NCBI GenBank assembly: GCA_048940925.1
Contig: JBHLOC010000005.1
Location: forward strand, 16,978-80,977
Direction: 5' to 3'
Length of the DNA stretch: 64,000 bases
Origin: Promethearchaeota archaeon
Lineage (GTDB): Archaea; Asgardarchaeota; Lokiarchaeia; Sigyniarchaeales; SOKP01
Shown: positions 51,602-62,401 of the stretch, one piece after another
Layout of the letters: each line of letters opens with the position of its first letter
Position numbering within the stretch: the stretch's first letter is position 1
Position numbers and translations under genes: made by a program
The notes under the pieces: model-generated
Seen by the model: the letters and a program-made list of their open reading frames with translations, nothing else
Databases searched by the model: none
Told to the model about the DNA's origin: nothing

Positions 51602-52939
51602 TTAAGCTAAGCTCCATACTACTGTATATTCATCAATTATACTTTTTATATAATCAGTTATAGCTTTTGCTGCTTTATTTACATCTTTATCTTCTACAAA
51701 TGCCGACATTATATCATTTAATTTTACTTTAAATGCTTCAGGTGCTCCACTTCCATGAACTACACTAGGAAACATATATGGGACTTTCTTAAAGTCGGCG
51801 ACAGCGGCTTTTTGATACGCTCCGTATTTAGAGAGGTCTGAATCAGTACGAGCTGATATCGATCCTTTAAGAGGATTAAAAGCATCTTGACCTGCTTTAG
51901 AACCTACAACTTCTAACCATCTATCTGAATTTTTAGGGTGTGCTACATTCTTTGGATGCTGGAAACAATCTATTACAAGACCGTACATATCACCTGTTCC
52001 TGGAGGCGCAAATGTGCCATATTCGACACCATATGTATAATTCGCAACAGCAGGACCGAATTCTCCATTTGCCCAATCTCCCATGATATTAAAGGCACTT
52101 TCATTATTAATAATTGCTGCTGTTGCTGCGTCCCAAGTTAAATCAGGTGATTCTTTGGTATCAACAAATCCTAGATACTCTTTGAAGGTAGTAAGTGCGC
52201 TTACTAAATCTTCATCATCAGCTGAAGTAATTTTTCCATTTATATAGTCTTCATAAACATCAATTCCCTCGCTAGCAAGGATTTGCTCAAAAGCATGTGC
52301 TGCAGTCCAATCTTGACCCATACTTATGGGATGAGCAATCCCACCATCATCATGTAATACAGTACAAGCATTAAAGAAAGCAGTCCAAGTAGTTAATTTT
52401 TCAGGATCAATATTGTTATCTTCAAGTAATTTTGCACTATACCATACTACATTAGCTCTATGGATGTTAACTGGCATAGAATAATAATGCCCACCAAATT
52501 TATTCATGCTTTGTACTACATCTGGAATAACATTCTTTAAATCAGCAGTCCATAAATCATCTATAGGTTCTAGTAAATTCGCGTCATAATAGGGTACACC
52601 CTCATAGCCAGCATGCATTTGAAATGCATCCGGAGCTTCTCCCGCAAGGACTAGGGATTTAATAACTCCTAACATTGTAAATCCTGCTCCACCTGACACT
52701 GGACTTTGTATGACAGCTACATCAGGATATTCTTCTTGAAAAACTCCAACAAGCGCTGCAATAGCTGCTGCTTCTCCTCCTGAAGTCCACCAATGGTATA
52801 TCTCAAGTGCATCTACTTTTTTTTCAGGTTGGGATAAAACAGCATAAGTTACGCCACCTGCCACTCCACCTACTACTATTGCAGTAATTATTATTGCAAT
52901 AGCTATTTTTCCTTTTGATGATAATTCCATTTTCATCAA
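51602..52939 (-). CDS. Sugar ABC transporter substrate-binding protein (glucose-binding type), N-terminal membrane anchor
   Basis: LEIYHWWTSGGE, PVNIHRAN, IMGDWANGEF, FNPLKGSI. Confidence 0.93.
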   Translation of the reverse strand: MMKMELSSKGKIAIAIIITAIVVGGVAGGVTYAVLSQPEKKVDALEIYHWWTSGGEAAAIAALVGVFQEEYPDVAVIQSPVSGGAGFTMLGVIKSLVLAGEAPDAFQMHAGYEGVPYYDANLLEPIDDLWTADLKNVIPDVVQSMNKFGGHYYSMPVNIHRANVVWYSAKLLEDNNIDPEKLTTWTAFFNACTVLHDDGGIAHPISMGQDWTAAHAFEQILASEGIDVYEDYINGKITSADDEDLVSALTTFKEYLGFVDTKESPDLTWDAATAAIINNESAFNIMGDWANGEFGPAVANYTYGVEYGTFAPPGTGDMYGLVIDCFQHPKNVAHPKNSDRWLEVVGSKAGQDAFNPLKGSISARTDSDLSKYGAYQKAAVADFKKVPYMFPSVVHGSGAPEAFKVKLNDIMSAFVEDKDVNKAAKAITDYIKSIIDEYTVVWSLA

Positions 52940-53091
52940 TCTCTCTTAATTATTTTTTTTAGGATAAATTGACTTGTTGTCAGATTTACCTTTCTCCCAT
53001 TCTTTAAAAGCTTTACTTTTTTTTTTTGAGATCTTTTGACATAACTAAATAAGTATTAACTAAATTATTTTTTTTAGATATAATATCGCAG

Positions 53092-53517
53092 TTAATATTC
53101 TAAAATTAGAGTTTTTTTATACTGCTTTATCTTTGAAGTAAGAATTCGTTCAATTATATCTGAGAATGAACTAAATTGAGATATTTCACCATTGAAATCC
53201 GTTAAAACTTCTTTATATTTTTCTAAAAAGATTTCAATAATAATTTCCGCTATATCTTCTAACGTTTTCTTGTCAAGAGTCTTATTTTCACACTTCATTA
53301 CTAAATGAAAATTAGATTTATGAGTATAGAAGAAAAACATATAACTATCAAGTGTTAACATACGTAGACTTTCTTTAAAACTCTGTTTAGTAAAGCGACA
53401 TATTACATCAAAATAACTTGCTAAAGATTGTTTATCATCCATTTTATGATTTTTTATGAAATCATGATAAAATAAAGCTATTCCTGCTTGATTAATAATC
53501 ATTATTTCCTGAATCAT
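53092..53517 (-). CDS. Longin-like domain protein
   Basis: MIQEIMIINQAGIALF..FLEKY..FNGEISQFSSF. Confidence 0.75.
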   Translation of the reverse strand: MIQEIMIINQAGIALFYHDFIKNHKMDDKQSLASYFDVICRFTKQSFKESLRMLTLDSYMFFFYTHKSNFHLVMKCENKTLDKKTLEDIAEIIIEIFLEKYKEVLTDFNGEISQFSSFSDIIERILTSKIKQYKKTLILEY

Positions 53518-53867
53518 AATTGTTTAACTTTTAAGATATAATGGATTTTTCTATTCAACTAACCCTTGAGAATAGATGCTATTAGAATTGGTACATCTAA
53601 CTTATAGAACAATAAATTTTTAAACTTTTATTTTAAGAATTATTAACCTCTTAGCAAACGATTACATAGCATAAATTGCACATAACGAATATTTAAATGT
53701 AATACTATCATACAATAATAATTAGGAGTGCTTTTTTGTCGGAAACTTTCATTAAAATCAATTTAAATTATTTTAATGCCGTTTTAAGCTATTTTATAAT
53801 TTTTTTAGTTAATTATAGAAATATTTAATGGTTACTCTTTACTAAGGTATCTAATTATAAATCACTG

Positions 53868-54068
53868 GTGTTTAAACTGACATGGGGAGGTTCCCTTAAT
53901 AAAGAGGGTTCTGATTATATTAAAAAACTTAGGGAAGCAGATAAAGTAATATTGTTGTTTTTAGAAAGCATGAAAAAGGATTTGAATCAAGAAGAACAAG
54001 CAAAAATCTCTAAAACAGTTGAAATAATAGTAGATTATATTTCTAAAATTTCAGAGAAAAAAGAATAA
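53868..54068 (+). CDS. Small helical hypothetical protein
   Basis: 66-aa ORF with amphipathic helices. Confidence 0.5.
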   Translation: MFKLTWGGSLNKEGSDYIKKLREADKVILLFLESMKKDLNQEEQAKISKTVEIIVDYISKISEKKE

Positions 54069-54072
54069 CATT

Positions 54073-54642
54073 TTAGATTTTCTTCATAATGTATTTAATG
54101 ATATCTATAATTTGATCTGCTGCGTTTTGAATTGTCTCTGTGAGATGAAAATCAAAAAACGGAAGATCTATATTCTCGCTTCTCTCCTCGAGAGAGATTT
54201 CATTTTTCTTATACAAATCCAACTCTGTGAATCCTTCAAGACTTTCTGGTACAAAACCTATCATAAAAACTTGTAACTTTGGTAATTTTTGCAACAATAA
54301 ATCAATAACTACATTAACTGGTAACGTATGAGAGGATATTGGGACAAGTTCCTTAATATTCTCACGTTCTATTATAGATACCGTGCCAGCAGGTTCATTG
54401 AGGGTACATGTATCTAATATTACTAAGTGTGATGGTTGAAATTCAAAGACATCATCAATTCTATTCATTGGATCAATGCCCGCATTTATGAACAAAAATT
54501 TTTCATTAGAATATTCTAAGAGTTCACTTATTATATAAACACCTATTGCGTCGTCTCTAAGCTTTTCTTCACCTATACCCATGAAAGCTATTTTATTAGC
54601 TCTATGCAATTTTTTTAAAAGTATCCCAATTAGCTCTTTCAT
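54073..54642 (-). CDS. hycI: Hydrogenase maturation protease (HycI-like)
   Basis: MGIGEEKLRDDAIG, VILD, SSHTLP. Confidence 0.85.
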   Translation of the reverse strand: MKELIGILLKKLHRANKIAFMGIGEEKLRDDAIGVYIISELLEYSNEKFLFINAGIDPMNRIDDVFEFQPSHLVILDTCTLNEPAGTVSIIERENIKELVPISSHTLPVNVVIDLLLQKLPKLQVFMIGFVPESLEGFTELDLYKKNEISLEERSENIDLPFFDFHLTETIQNAADQIIDIIKYIMKKI

Positions 54643-54769
54643 AATGAGGCAATATTATTTTGAATATTATAATGATCCATAGCTATTCTAATTAATCAAA
54701 AAAAGAGTTGTAAAATTATATGCAATTCCATTGATTTATTTTAAAAATAATAAAAACAATGAAAAATGC

Positions 54770-55822
54770 CTAGATTACCTGTTCAATTGGAATTTTCTTA
54801 ATTGTATGAAAAGCAGCAGTTAGACATTTTTCTGCATCATTCACAATAGTATTGATTATATTGGATACACTCTCTACTCTTGTAATAAGTCCAATACTTT
54901 GCCCTATATATACAGTACCATCTTCAACATTACCTTCATAAGTCATTTCCAGTTCTGCTAGTTCCCTTTCTACATTGGACATCGAAGTCTCTCCAGCTCT
55001 TTTTTCTTCTTTACTTTTGACAAGTTCTTGGTTTTCAGCCCTTGTATTCTTCCATACCCTCGCAGGTCCAAAAATTCCAGTTTTTAGTTCAGTGTCAGAA
55101 GCAGTGGAATGAATTACGACATTTTTATATTTTTCATGAAATTCACATTCTTTTGAAGCTATAAATCTGGATCCCATAGCAATTGCTCCTGCACCCATAG
55201 ATATGGCAGAAGCTAAGCCTTCACCCGTGGCAAATCCTCCAGACGCAATTATAGGAACATTCGGTAATTCTTTTCTTATCTGTTGTAAAAGAACTAAAGT
55301 ACTTACATTATCATAGGATTGATGTCCTCCACCTTCAGTTCCAGTAATAATCAACCCATCGACTCCACTATTAACCAGTTTTTTAGCGAGATATGATGAA
55401 GGAGCAACATGGAAATGCTTAATATTTGAACCACTCTCCTTTAATTTTTCAAAGTGTTTATTATAAATCATTCTTGGGGAACCTGCACTTGTAACTATAT
55501 AGATACACTGTTCTTTTATTTTTGGATTTTCCATGATAAATCTTGGAAGTTGTCTGCACAATTTTATTGCATCTGGCTGTAATCTAGCCGTTCTGATGTT
55601 AAATCCGAAAGGCTTATCAGTATGTTCAACAACGTACTCCATACTTTTTTTCATTTCATCAAGAGTTATAGTTCCATGTAAAGTAACATGACTTAAAACA
55701 CCTAATCCACCTGCTTCAGATACGGCAACAGTTAATTTAGTAGTATAAAAAGGGCCCATTGGAGCACTTAATATTGGATGTTTAATCCCAAGCATTTTTG
55801 TAATATTCGTTTCGATTACCAT
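54770..55822 (-). CDS. Nitronate monooxygenase / FabK-like flavoprotein
   Basis: HPILSAPMG, VSEAGGLG, GTEGGGH, IIASGG, MGSRF. Confidence 0.92.
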   Translation of the reverse strand: MVIETNITKMLGIKHPILSAPMGPFYTTKLTVAVSEAGGLGVLSHVTLHGTITLDEMKKSMEYVVEHTDKPFGFNIRTARLQPDAIKLCRQLPRFIMENPKIKEQCIYIVTSAGSPRMIYNKHFEKLKESGSNIKHFHVAPSSYLAKKLVNSGVDGLIITGTEGGGHQSYDNVSTLVLLQQIRKELPNVPIIASGGFATGEGLASAISMGAGAIAMGSRFIASKECEFHEKYKNVVIHSTASDTELKTGIFGPARVWKNTRAENQELVKSKEEKRAGETSMSNVERELAELEMTYEGNVEDGTVYIGQSIGLITRVESVSNIINTIVNDAEKCLTAAFHTIKKIPIEQVI

Positions 55823-56263
55823 TCTTAATCACTAACTTTTATTATAAAAGTCTTTAATTTATTAAATCAAATCTTCAATTAATAAATTAAATATTTAGTT
55901 ATTTTTATCAACAGGTTATTTATAAAACTTTTACATGAAAACACAATATCAAAAGTATGAAATTTTAAGAGATATTATTAAAAATTTTTATAAATTTTAT
56001 TAAATATGAAAATTTAGGTAATCTTATTAAAATAAATAGTGCTATTTTATTCAAGCAGAAGGATTTTCGAATTCAAACAAATTTCTTCAATCAATTTCAA
56101 TCTGAAACTTCTTATTTTATGTGAAAATTGTAAGATGGAACGAGAAAAATTAGTGAATTATCAAGTTAAATAATAAATACTTCTTAGAAGGTTAAGATTT
56201 TTTCAAATTTATTAGAAGATGGCATAAATTCATTAATTATTATACATTTTTAATAACTATTAC

Positions 56264-56866
56264 ATGACAGAAGAATCGATTGAAAAAGCGGAGAAACTAC
56301 AATTCGAGGGAGTTATCGAAGAAGATAAAGTTATTGTCTCTGATAAAAGAGGAATTGACGAATTTTACAATTCATCCTATATTGGGACTCTCACAAAAAA
56401 TAATGAAGGAAATGAAGTTTTAATTTTTGATGCTATCGAAGTATTACTTCTATGCGAAAGAAATAGAATCCTCTTATGGGAAGAAAACGATAAAGGTAAA
56501 ACCCAATATGATTTTGAGGGTTTGTTATTGTATTTCACTCATTATGATGAGAGATTATGGCATAAATATATAATCTATATGGATCTAAGAAAAAGAGGAT
56601 ATATCGTCCGAACTGGCTATGGAAATGGAATAGAATTTCGTGTTTTTAAGAGAGGAGCTGATTTTGAAAAGGATACAGCGAAATTTTTGATATATCCTGT
56701 ATTTGAAGGAGAACCTATAGAATTAAGGGATTTAGATAAAATGTCAAGAGTAGCCATGAGTTCACGTAAAGATTTAATTGTAGCAACTGTAGATAGATTA
56801 AGCAAACCAATATATTATAGTGTAAAGAAATTCCAGATTCTAAATATAGAAGATAATTTAGAATAA
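56264..56866 (+). CDS. endA: tRNA-splicing endonuclease subunit, probably the non-catalytic (structural) one
   Basis: IYMDLRKRGYIVRTG..EFRVFKRG..SRVAMSSRKDLIVA; catalytic Tyr and His positions read F and T. Confidence 0.88.
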   Translation: MTEESIEKAEKLQFEGVIEEDKVIVSDKRGIDEFYNSSYIGTLTKNNEGNEVLIFDAIEVLLLCERNRILLWEENDKGKTQYDFEGLLLYFTHYDERLWHKYIIYMDLRKRGYIVRTGYGNGIEFRVFKRGADFEKDTAKFLIYPVFEGEPIELRDLDKMSRVAMSSRKDLIVATVDRLSKPIYYSVKKFQILNIEDNLE

Positions 56867-56909
56867 GATAATTAATTTTTATTTGAAAATAGTAAAGAAT
56901 GGAACGAAG

Positions 56910-58568
56910 ATGCCTGATAAGTTTGTTTGTGATACCTCAGTTATTTTTAATGGAATGATTCTTGATTTAATTGAAAATGGCGAGCTTGGGGAATATCCTG
57001 AGATATTGATCCCCAATATAGTAATTGCTGAAATTGAATATAGGACAAATATTCATAAAGAAATTGGATTTTATGGTTTAAATGTTTTAAAGACATTAAG
57101 AGAATTAAATGAGGAAGGCACAATAAGGCTTCAGATAGTTGGCAAGCGTCCTACTAGAGAAGAAATAAAAATGGCACCAGGAGGGGAACTTGATGCCCTC
57201 ATAAGAGAAACTACGCTGAAAAATAAAGGGGTATTAATAACTGCAGATAGGATTCAAGGTGAAGTAGGTATTTTTGAAGGTGTAGAAGTTTTTTTTGTAA
57301 AAGAAAGAGGAATCCATAAACCAAAAGAACCACTCTCTCTTAAATTGCTGGAATATTTCGATGATAAGACTATGAGTGTTCATCTTAAAAAGAATTTACC
57401 TGCATATGCTAAGAGGGGCTCACCTGGAAATTGGAAATTAGAAAAGATTAACAATGAAATCATTAATCCCAAACTCATCGAAGATATCGCTTTTGAAATT
57501 ATTGAGAATGTAAGAGAAGATAATCATTCATTTATTGAAATTGAAAAAATGGGTGCTGTTGTTGCCCAACTGCGAGAATTCAGAATAGTAATCACCAGAC
57601 CTCCCTTTTCTAATGATGTTGAGATAACAGCAGTTCGACCACTTGTAAATTTAAAATTATCAGATTATTCAATAGATGATAAATTGAGATATCGGATACA
57701 AAAGGCTGAAGGTATACTAGTGTGTGGATCTCCCGGAGCAGGAAAAAGTACTTTCTGTGCAGCATTAGCTAATTATTACTTAAGTCAAAATAAAGTTGTT
57801 AAAACACTTGAGAGTGTACGGGATCTACAGGTTCAACCAGAAATAACTCAATATACAAAATTAGAAGGTAGTCTTGAGAATTCAGCAGACATTCTTTTAC
57901 TTGTTCGTCCTGATTTCACAATTTTCGATGAGGTAAGAACTACCAAAGATTTTGAAGTATATGCAGATTTTCGTTTATCTGGAGTTGGTATGGTTGGTGT
58001 CGTTCACTCATCTTCTGCAATAGATGCTATTCAAAGGTTTATTGGTCGTATAGAACTTGGAATGCTACCTTCTATTATTGATACAATTATTTTTATCGAA
58101 GGCGGTGATATTACAACGGTTTTAGTTATTAAAATGACTGTTAAAGTGCCTTCGGGTTTAAGAGATAAGGATTTAGCGAGACCTGTAGTAGAAGTAAGAA
58201 ATTATAAAACGGGTCAACTTGAGTTTGAAATTTATTCTTTTGGACAAGATATTGTGATAAATCCAATTAGATCTAAAAAGTCACATTATCGAACTGATCA
58301 ATATATAGACTTATTTACTTATAAAAAGAGCAGATCAAAAAAAGATAGGATTAATATCGACATTGAAGCAAGGAAAGATAGAATAATTCTAAAAGCTGCG
58401 CCAAAATATGCGAGTCAAAATATTATTGTGTATGCTGACCAAGAAGAAATTTTTACGGGATCATTAAGTAGGAAAAGTGAAATAAATTTATCATTAACTA
58501 ATAAAGAAGGAAGGAGAATTCTTAAAGAATTTGATAAAAATAAGGATATTTATGCTAGACAAAAATAA
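56910..58568 (+). CDS. PINA-type ATPase (PIN domain + P-loop ATPase)
   Basis: VCDTSV PIN start, KTMSVHLK, GSPGAGKST, LLVRPDFTIFDEVR, RLSGVGMVGVVH. Confidence 0.93.
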   Translation: MPDKFVCDTSVIFNGMILDLIENGELGEYPEILIPNIVIAEIEYRTNIHKEIGFYGLNVLKTLRELNEEGTIRLQIVGKRPTREEIKMAPGGELDALIRETTLKNKGVLITADRIQGEVGIFEGVEVFFVKERGIHKPKEPLSLKLLEYFDDKTMSVHLKKNLPAYAKRGSPGNWKLEKINNEIINPKLIEDIAFEIIENVREDNHSFIEIEKMGAVVAQLREFRIVITRPPFSNDVEITAVRPLVNLKLSDYSIDDKLRYRIQKAEGILVCGSPGAGKSTFCAALANYYLSQNKVVKTLESVRDLQVQPEITQYTKLEGSLENSADILLLVRPDFTIFDEVRTTKDFEVYADFRLSGVGMVGVVHSSSAIDAIQRFIGRIELGMLPSIIDTIIFIEGGDITTVLVIKMTVKVPSGLRDKDLARPVVEVRNYKTGQLEFEIYSFGQDIVINPIRSKKSHYRTDQYIDLFTYKKSRSKKDRINIDIEARKDRIILKAAPKYASQNIIVYADQEEIFTGSLSRKSEINLSLTNKEGRRILKEFDKNKDIYARQK

Positions 58569-58744
58569 GTGTTAAAAATTAAATATATTGTATTTTTTTT
58601 GCACCTTTAATCTATTTAGTAGAGCTTCGTAAAAATCATTTTCAAGCTTATCATCAAATAGACAAAAATTTATCCAAAAATGAGTATGAAACCTTTACCT
58701 ATTTTTAATTTCAAGTTATAGGTGTGTTCTTTTTTGTTTTTAAT

Positions 58745-59284
58745 CTATTCATCTGAATGGGCTATAAAAATCATCTGATCCATGATATAACCCCATGGAT
58801 CTGAATGTCCGTCAATTTTATCGGCAGGAGGATTTTCTAAACTAAATCGAATATGTGCTATTTGTCCGAAATGATGGATAGCATGCATTGAAGTCCTGTA
58901 AATTTTCCAAGCAAGAGTCCCTCTTCTCCTCAAATTTTGATAATTTTCATCTTCCCACTCCGGAATTCTTAGATTTAGATCATCATTATCTGCATTATCA
59001 ATTAGTTCGAGTATAATAGGCTCGTGTTTTTTAAAACTATTAACTAAATCATTAAAGTAGATTTCTTTCGAAAAATATTCAAATGATTCATCCTTTATCA
59101 TTTTATACCAATAAGCCTCCGCATTAAGAATATGTCTTAGATAACTCTCAATTGATCTTGCTTTTGTATTCTCTGGAATCCAAGTCGCTTCATTTTCTTT
59201 TAAACCTTCCAACATGCGATTTCCATAAAGTCTGATAGTTTTCACAACCTCTTTCAATTCCTTTTTTGTAGTTTTTCTGACCAT
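58745..59284 (-). CDS. DinB/YfiT-family protein
   Basis: LRHILNAEAYW and HAIHHFGQI. Confidence 0.88.
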   Translation of the reverse strand: MVRKTTKKELKEVVKTIRLYGNRMLEGLKENEATWIPENTKARSIESYLRHILNAEAYWYKMIKDESFEYFSKEIYFNDLVNSFKKHEPIILELIDNADNDDLNLRIPEWEDENYQNLRRRGTLAWKIYRTSMHAIHHFGQIAHIRFSLENPPADKIDGHSDPWGYIMDQMIFIAHSDE

Positions 59285-59593
59285 TTTTAAGCACTTTGTT
59301 ACAGTATTAGATTGCAATTTTTTCAAATTAATAAAGATTACTACATTCTATTGTTAAACAATAGTTGTGAGACTAATCTATAAGTGTTGGAACGATTTTA
59401 AAGATGAATTGAAGAGGATATAATATTTCTGCTGAAAACTAATTAATTCTCAGATTTGCTACTTTATGTTTAACCTCCCATCTTCGAAAGTAAAGTTTTT
59501 TATCTTTTTAATTTGGTTTTAATTAATCATATTATCATGAAATGAATCTTAATTAGAATTTGATCGAGCTTTTTTATCAATTTTAAAGGTACA

Positions 59594-60349
59594 CTAACTA
59601 CTTTTTATTAGTTCTCTAACTCTTTCCATTATATAAGGGAGTACTTCCTCAATTTTGTTATCGAATCTTAAATCGCAAATATCATCGTATGGAGTTTCAC
59701 CTTTATTTATGATAATTAATTTTGCTCCATTTTGCAACGCTAATCCTGGCATATTTGCTGCAGGTGTAACAACTAAGGAAGAACCAATTACAAAAAATAC
59801 ATCAGAATTCTGAGAACGAATTATTGATTCTTGAAGTTCATCATATGGCAATGGATCTCCAAAATTGACTATACTGGAAATTAATCTTCCCCCACAATGT
59901 GGACAAGATGGTTGACCTTCACGAACTCTATGTGTTCTATACCCTGGGCCCCATTTTCTTTTATCCCAACCAGCATCTTCAAAAGTCATTTTCTTTCCAC
60001 AGTCTAAACATTTCATAAAATACTGATTCCCATGAAGTTCAGCTAACATTTCAAAAGGAATACCTGATTTAGCGTGTAATCCATCAACATTTTGAGAGAT
60101 TAAATAATTTAATATTCCCATATCCATTAATTCTGTAATCGCATAATGATTAGGATTAGGTTCTACTTGATCCCATGGTATGCTTTTAGGGGGAGGAAGT
60201 CCTTTATCTCGTCTTGTCCATAGACCATCAGGTCCACGGAAGTCGGGCAATCCACTACCTGTAGAGATTCCCGCACCAGTGAACACGACTAATCTTTCTG
60301 ATTCAGCTATCCATTTAGCAGCTAGATCAATTTTTTCATCTAACTCCAT
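59594..60349 (-). CDS. Sir2-family NAD-dependent deacylase, copy 2
   Basis: GAGIST, PDFRG, SQNVDGLH, ELHG, CxxC..CxxC, GSSL. Confidence 0.97.
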   Translation of the reverse strand: MELDEKIDLAAKWIAESERLVVFTGAGISTGSGLPDFRGPDGLWTRRDKGLPPPKSIPWDQVEPNPNHYAITELMDMGILNYLISQNVDGLHAKSGIPFEMLAELHGNQYFMKCLDCGKKMTFEDAGWDKRKWGPGYRTHRVREGQPSCPHCGGRLISSIVNFGDPLPYDELQESIIRSQNSDVFFVIGSSLVVTPAANMPGLALQNGAKLIIINKGETPYDDICDLRFDNKIEEVLPYIMERVRELIKSS

Positions 60350-60448
60350 AATACAAAGATAACGATATTGATCATAAAAAGATAATTATAGATTAGAATT
60401 AAATTAAGAGAAACTAAGTTGATAATTACTCAACATTAAAAAACTAAA

Positions 60449-61204
60449 TTAACCATTTTTTACAATGTCCTTCACTTTTTCCATTATAGGGGGAAGTACT
60501 TCTTCAATTTTGTTATCAAATTTGATATCTGCTGCAGAATCATAAGGAGTTTCACCTTTATTTATGATAATTAATTTTGCACCATTCTGTTTGGCAATTC
60601 CCGGCATATTTGCTGCTGGAAAGACCACTAAAGATGACCCAATAACGAAAAAAACATCAGCATTTTGAGAACGTCTAATTGCTTCTTGAAGTTCATCATA
60701 AGGGAGGGGATCTCCAAAGTCAACGATGCTTGAGATTAATCTTCCTCCACAATGTAGACATACTGGTTGACCTTCTTTAACGGGGTCTTTCCTAAACCCA
60801 CGTCCCCATACGTTCTTATCCCATCCAACATCTTCGAACAACATTTTTTTATTACATGACAAACATTTCATGAAATAAAGATTTCCATGTAATTCTGCTA
60901 GTTTTTCAAAGGGAATTCCAGACTTAGCGTGTAAACCATCAATATTTTGAGAAATAAGAAAATCAAGTTTTCCCATCTCTAAGAGCTCCACAATTGCAAA
61001 ATGATTAGGATTGGGATCTACTTGATCCCATGGTCGAGACTTAGGAGGAGGTAATCCTTTATCTCTTCTAGTCCATAATCCATCAGGTCCACGGAAATCT
61101 GGTAAACCACTACTTGTAGAACATCCTGCTCCTGTAAATACTACTAATCTTTCTGATTCAGCAATCCATTTAGCTACCAAGTCAATATTTTCTTCTAATT
61201 CCAT
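60449..61204 (-). CDS. Sir2-family NAD-dependent deacylase, copy 1
   Basis: Same motifs; co-linear paralog of 59594-60349. Confidence 0.97.
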   Translation of the reverse strand: MELEENIDLVAKWIAESERLVVFTGAGCSTSSGLPDFRGPDGLWTRRDKGLPPPKSRPWDQVDPNPNHFAIVELLEMGKLDFLISQNIDGLHAKSGIPFEKLAELHGNLYFMKCLSCNKKMLFEDVGWDKNVWGRGFRKDPVKEGQPVCLHCGGRLISSIVDFGDPLPYDELQEAIRRSQNADVFFVIGSSLVVFPAANMPGIAKQNGAKLIIINKGETPYDSAADIKFDNKIEEVLPPIMEKVKDIVKNG

Positions 61205-61257
61205 AATATGAAAATAACGATTTGAACTATAAAAAGATAATTACAAGTTTATAATGA

Positions 61258-62028
61258 TTATTTTTTTAAAATCGATTGGATTACATTAAAATCATCGAGG
61301 TTAAAGGGTTTTAGTATCGAACCTGTAGCATTTAGTTCTCGAGCCTTTTTCTCTGCCTCAATAGATGGTATAGCTGTTAAGAAAAATACAGGTATATCTT
61401 TAAGCTTACTATTGGTCCTAATTCTCTTTAAGACTTCATATCCATTAATATCTGGTAGAATAATATCAAGAAGTATTATTTTCGGAACATACATCTTTAA
61501 TTCTTTCAAACCTTTTAAACCACTCAATACTCCTTTGCATGATATTTCAATTGATTCAAAATAACTAGTTAGTAAATTAACTGTTTCAGTATCATCTTCA
61601 ATTAAAAGAATATCATAATCTTTCTTTTTATTATTTTCATTCTCATCTTTTATAGTTGTGATATTATCTAAATGATCAACGATAATATTTTCGAGAGTTA
61701 AACATTGACCCAGTACATTTTTTAATATTGATATAATACTATCTTCTATTGAAACTCCATATTTTTCAATAATTAATTGTAAATATCCTTTAATAGATGT
61801 TAAAGGTTCTTTTAAATCGTGGGAAAGACTGGAAAGAAGGTCAATTTCTAAATTTTTATCTTTTACAATAATCCTTGACCTATATCGAATAAAGAACTTC
61901 AATGCTTCTCTAATTAATTTTGATAAAGTAGCATAACCATTATTCTTTGCAAAAGTCTGCCATTCTTCTTTGGCATATTTAGATACATATAAAGAAATTC
62001 TTTCTTTATCTTGGTCCTCTTTTGTCAT
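61258..62028 (-). CDS. Ribbon-helix-helix + HisKA + receiver domain protein
   Basis: ERISLYV..LSKLIREAL; SHDLKEPLTSIKG; ILLIEDD..LLDIILPDING..FLTA..LKPF. Confidence 0.88.
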   Translation of the reverse strand: MTKEDQDKERISLYVSKYAKEEWQTFAKNNGYATLSKLIREALKFFIRYRSRIIVKDKNLEIDLLSSLSHDLKEPLTSIKGYLQLIIEKYGVSIEDSIISILKNVLGQCLTLENIIVDHLDNITTIKDENENNKKKDYDILLIEDDTETVNLLTSYFESIEISCKGVLSGLKGLKELKMYVPKIILLDIILPDINGYEVLKRIRTNSKLKDIPVFFLTAIPSIEAEKKARELNATGSILKPFNLDDFNVIQSILKK

Positions 62029-62083
62029 AATTTTAATCTGTTAAATTAAGTTTTTGGAAAGCATATAATAAATAATATAGATT

Positions 62084-62128
62084 TTTTACATAATTATATT
62101 CTTTTACATATTTATATTCTTTTTTACA
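62084..62128. promoter_or_regulatory. Tandem 18-bp direct repeats upstream of the RHH gene
   Basis: TTTTACATAATTATATTC / TTTTACATATTTATATTC / ..TTTTACA. Confidence 0.55.
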
Positions 62129-62401
62129 CTCAAATTTATAATTAAAAATTTAATTTCATTTAATTCTTGTTACTTCACATTGATAAAATAAAAGAAAAAT
62201 GAAGAGTTTTAGAAAGAGGAATTTGATAGATTTATGTAAATAAATAGAGATATGATAATAAATTACAATTTTTCCATAGTTTTTTTATTAAGATTCACTT
62301 TAAAAGATACTGACAATACTGACTTTAATTAAAATAAGATTGTTTAAAAACTAAAATTATAATAACACTCATTTTGATTTTGTTTGAATGAGGAGGAAAT
62401 T

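Noticed and set aside
53740-53762. Partial match (ctttcattaaaatca) to the 39-bp motif
   Set aside because: Covers only the AT-rich left part; the CTGAATTTACC half is absent.
56039-56173. 44-aa GTG ORF containing CENC
   Set aside because: Single CxxC, no RBS or family evidence.
59594-61204. Sirtuins as Thoeris/DSR-type defence effectors for the TIR pair
   Set aside because: They are stand-alone Zn-finger deacylase-type sirtuins more than 20 kb away, without the extra sensor domains of ThsA or DSR proteins.
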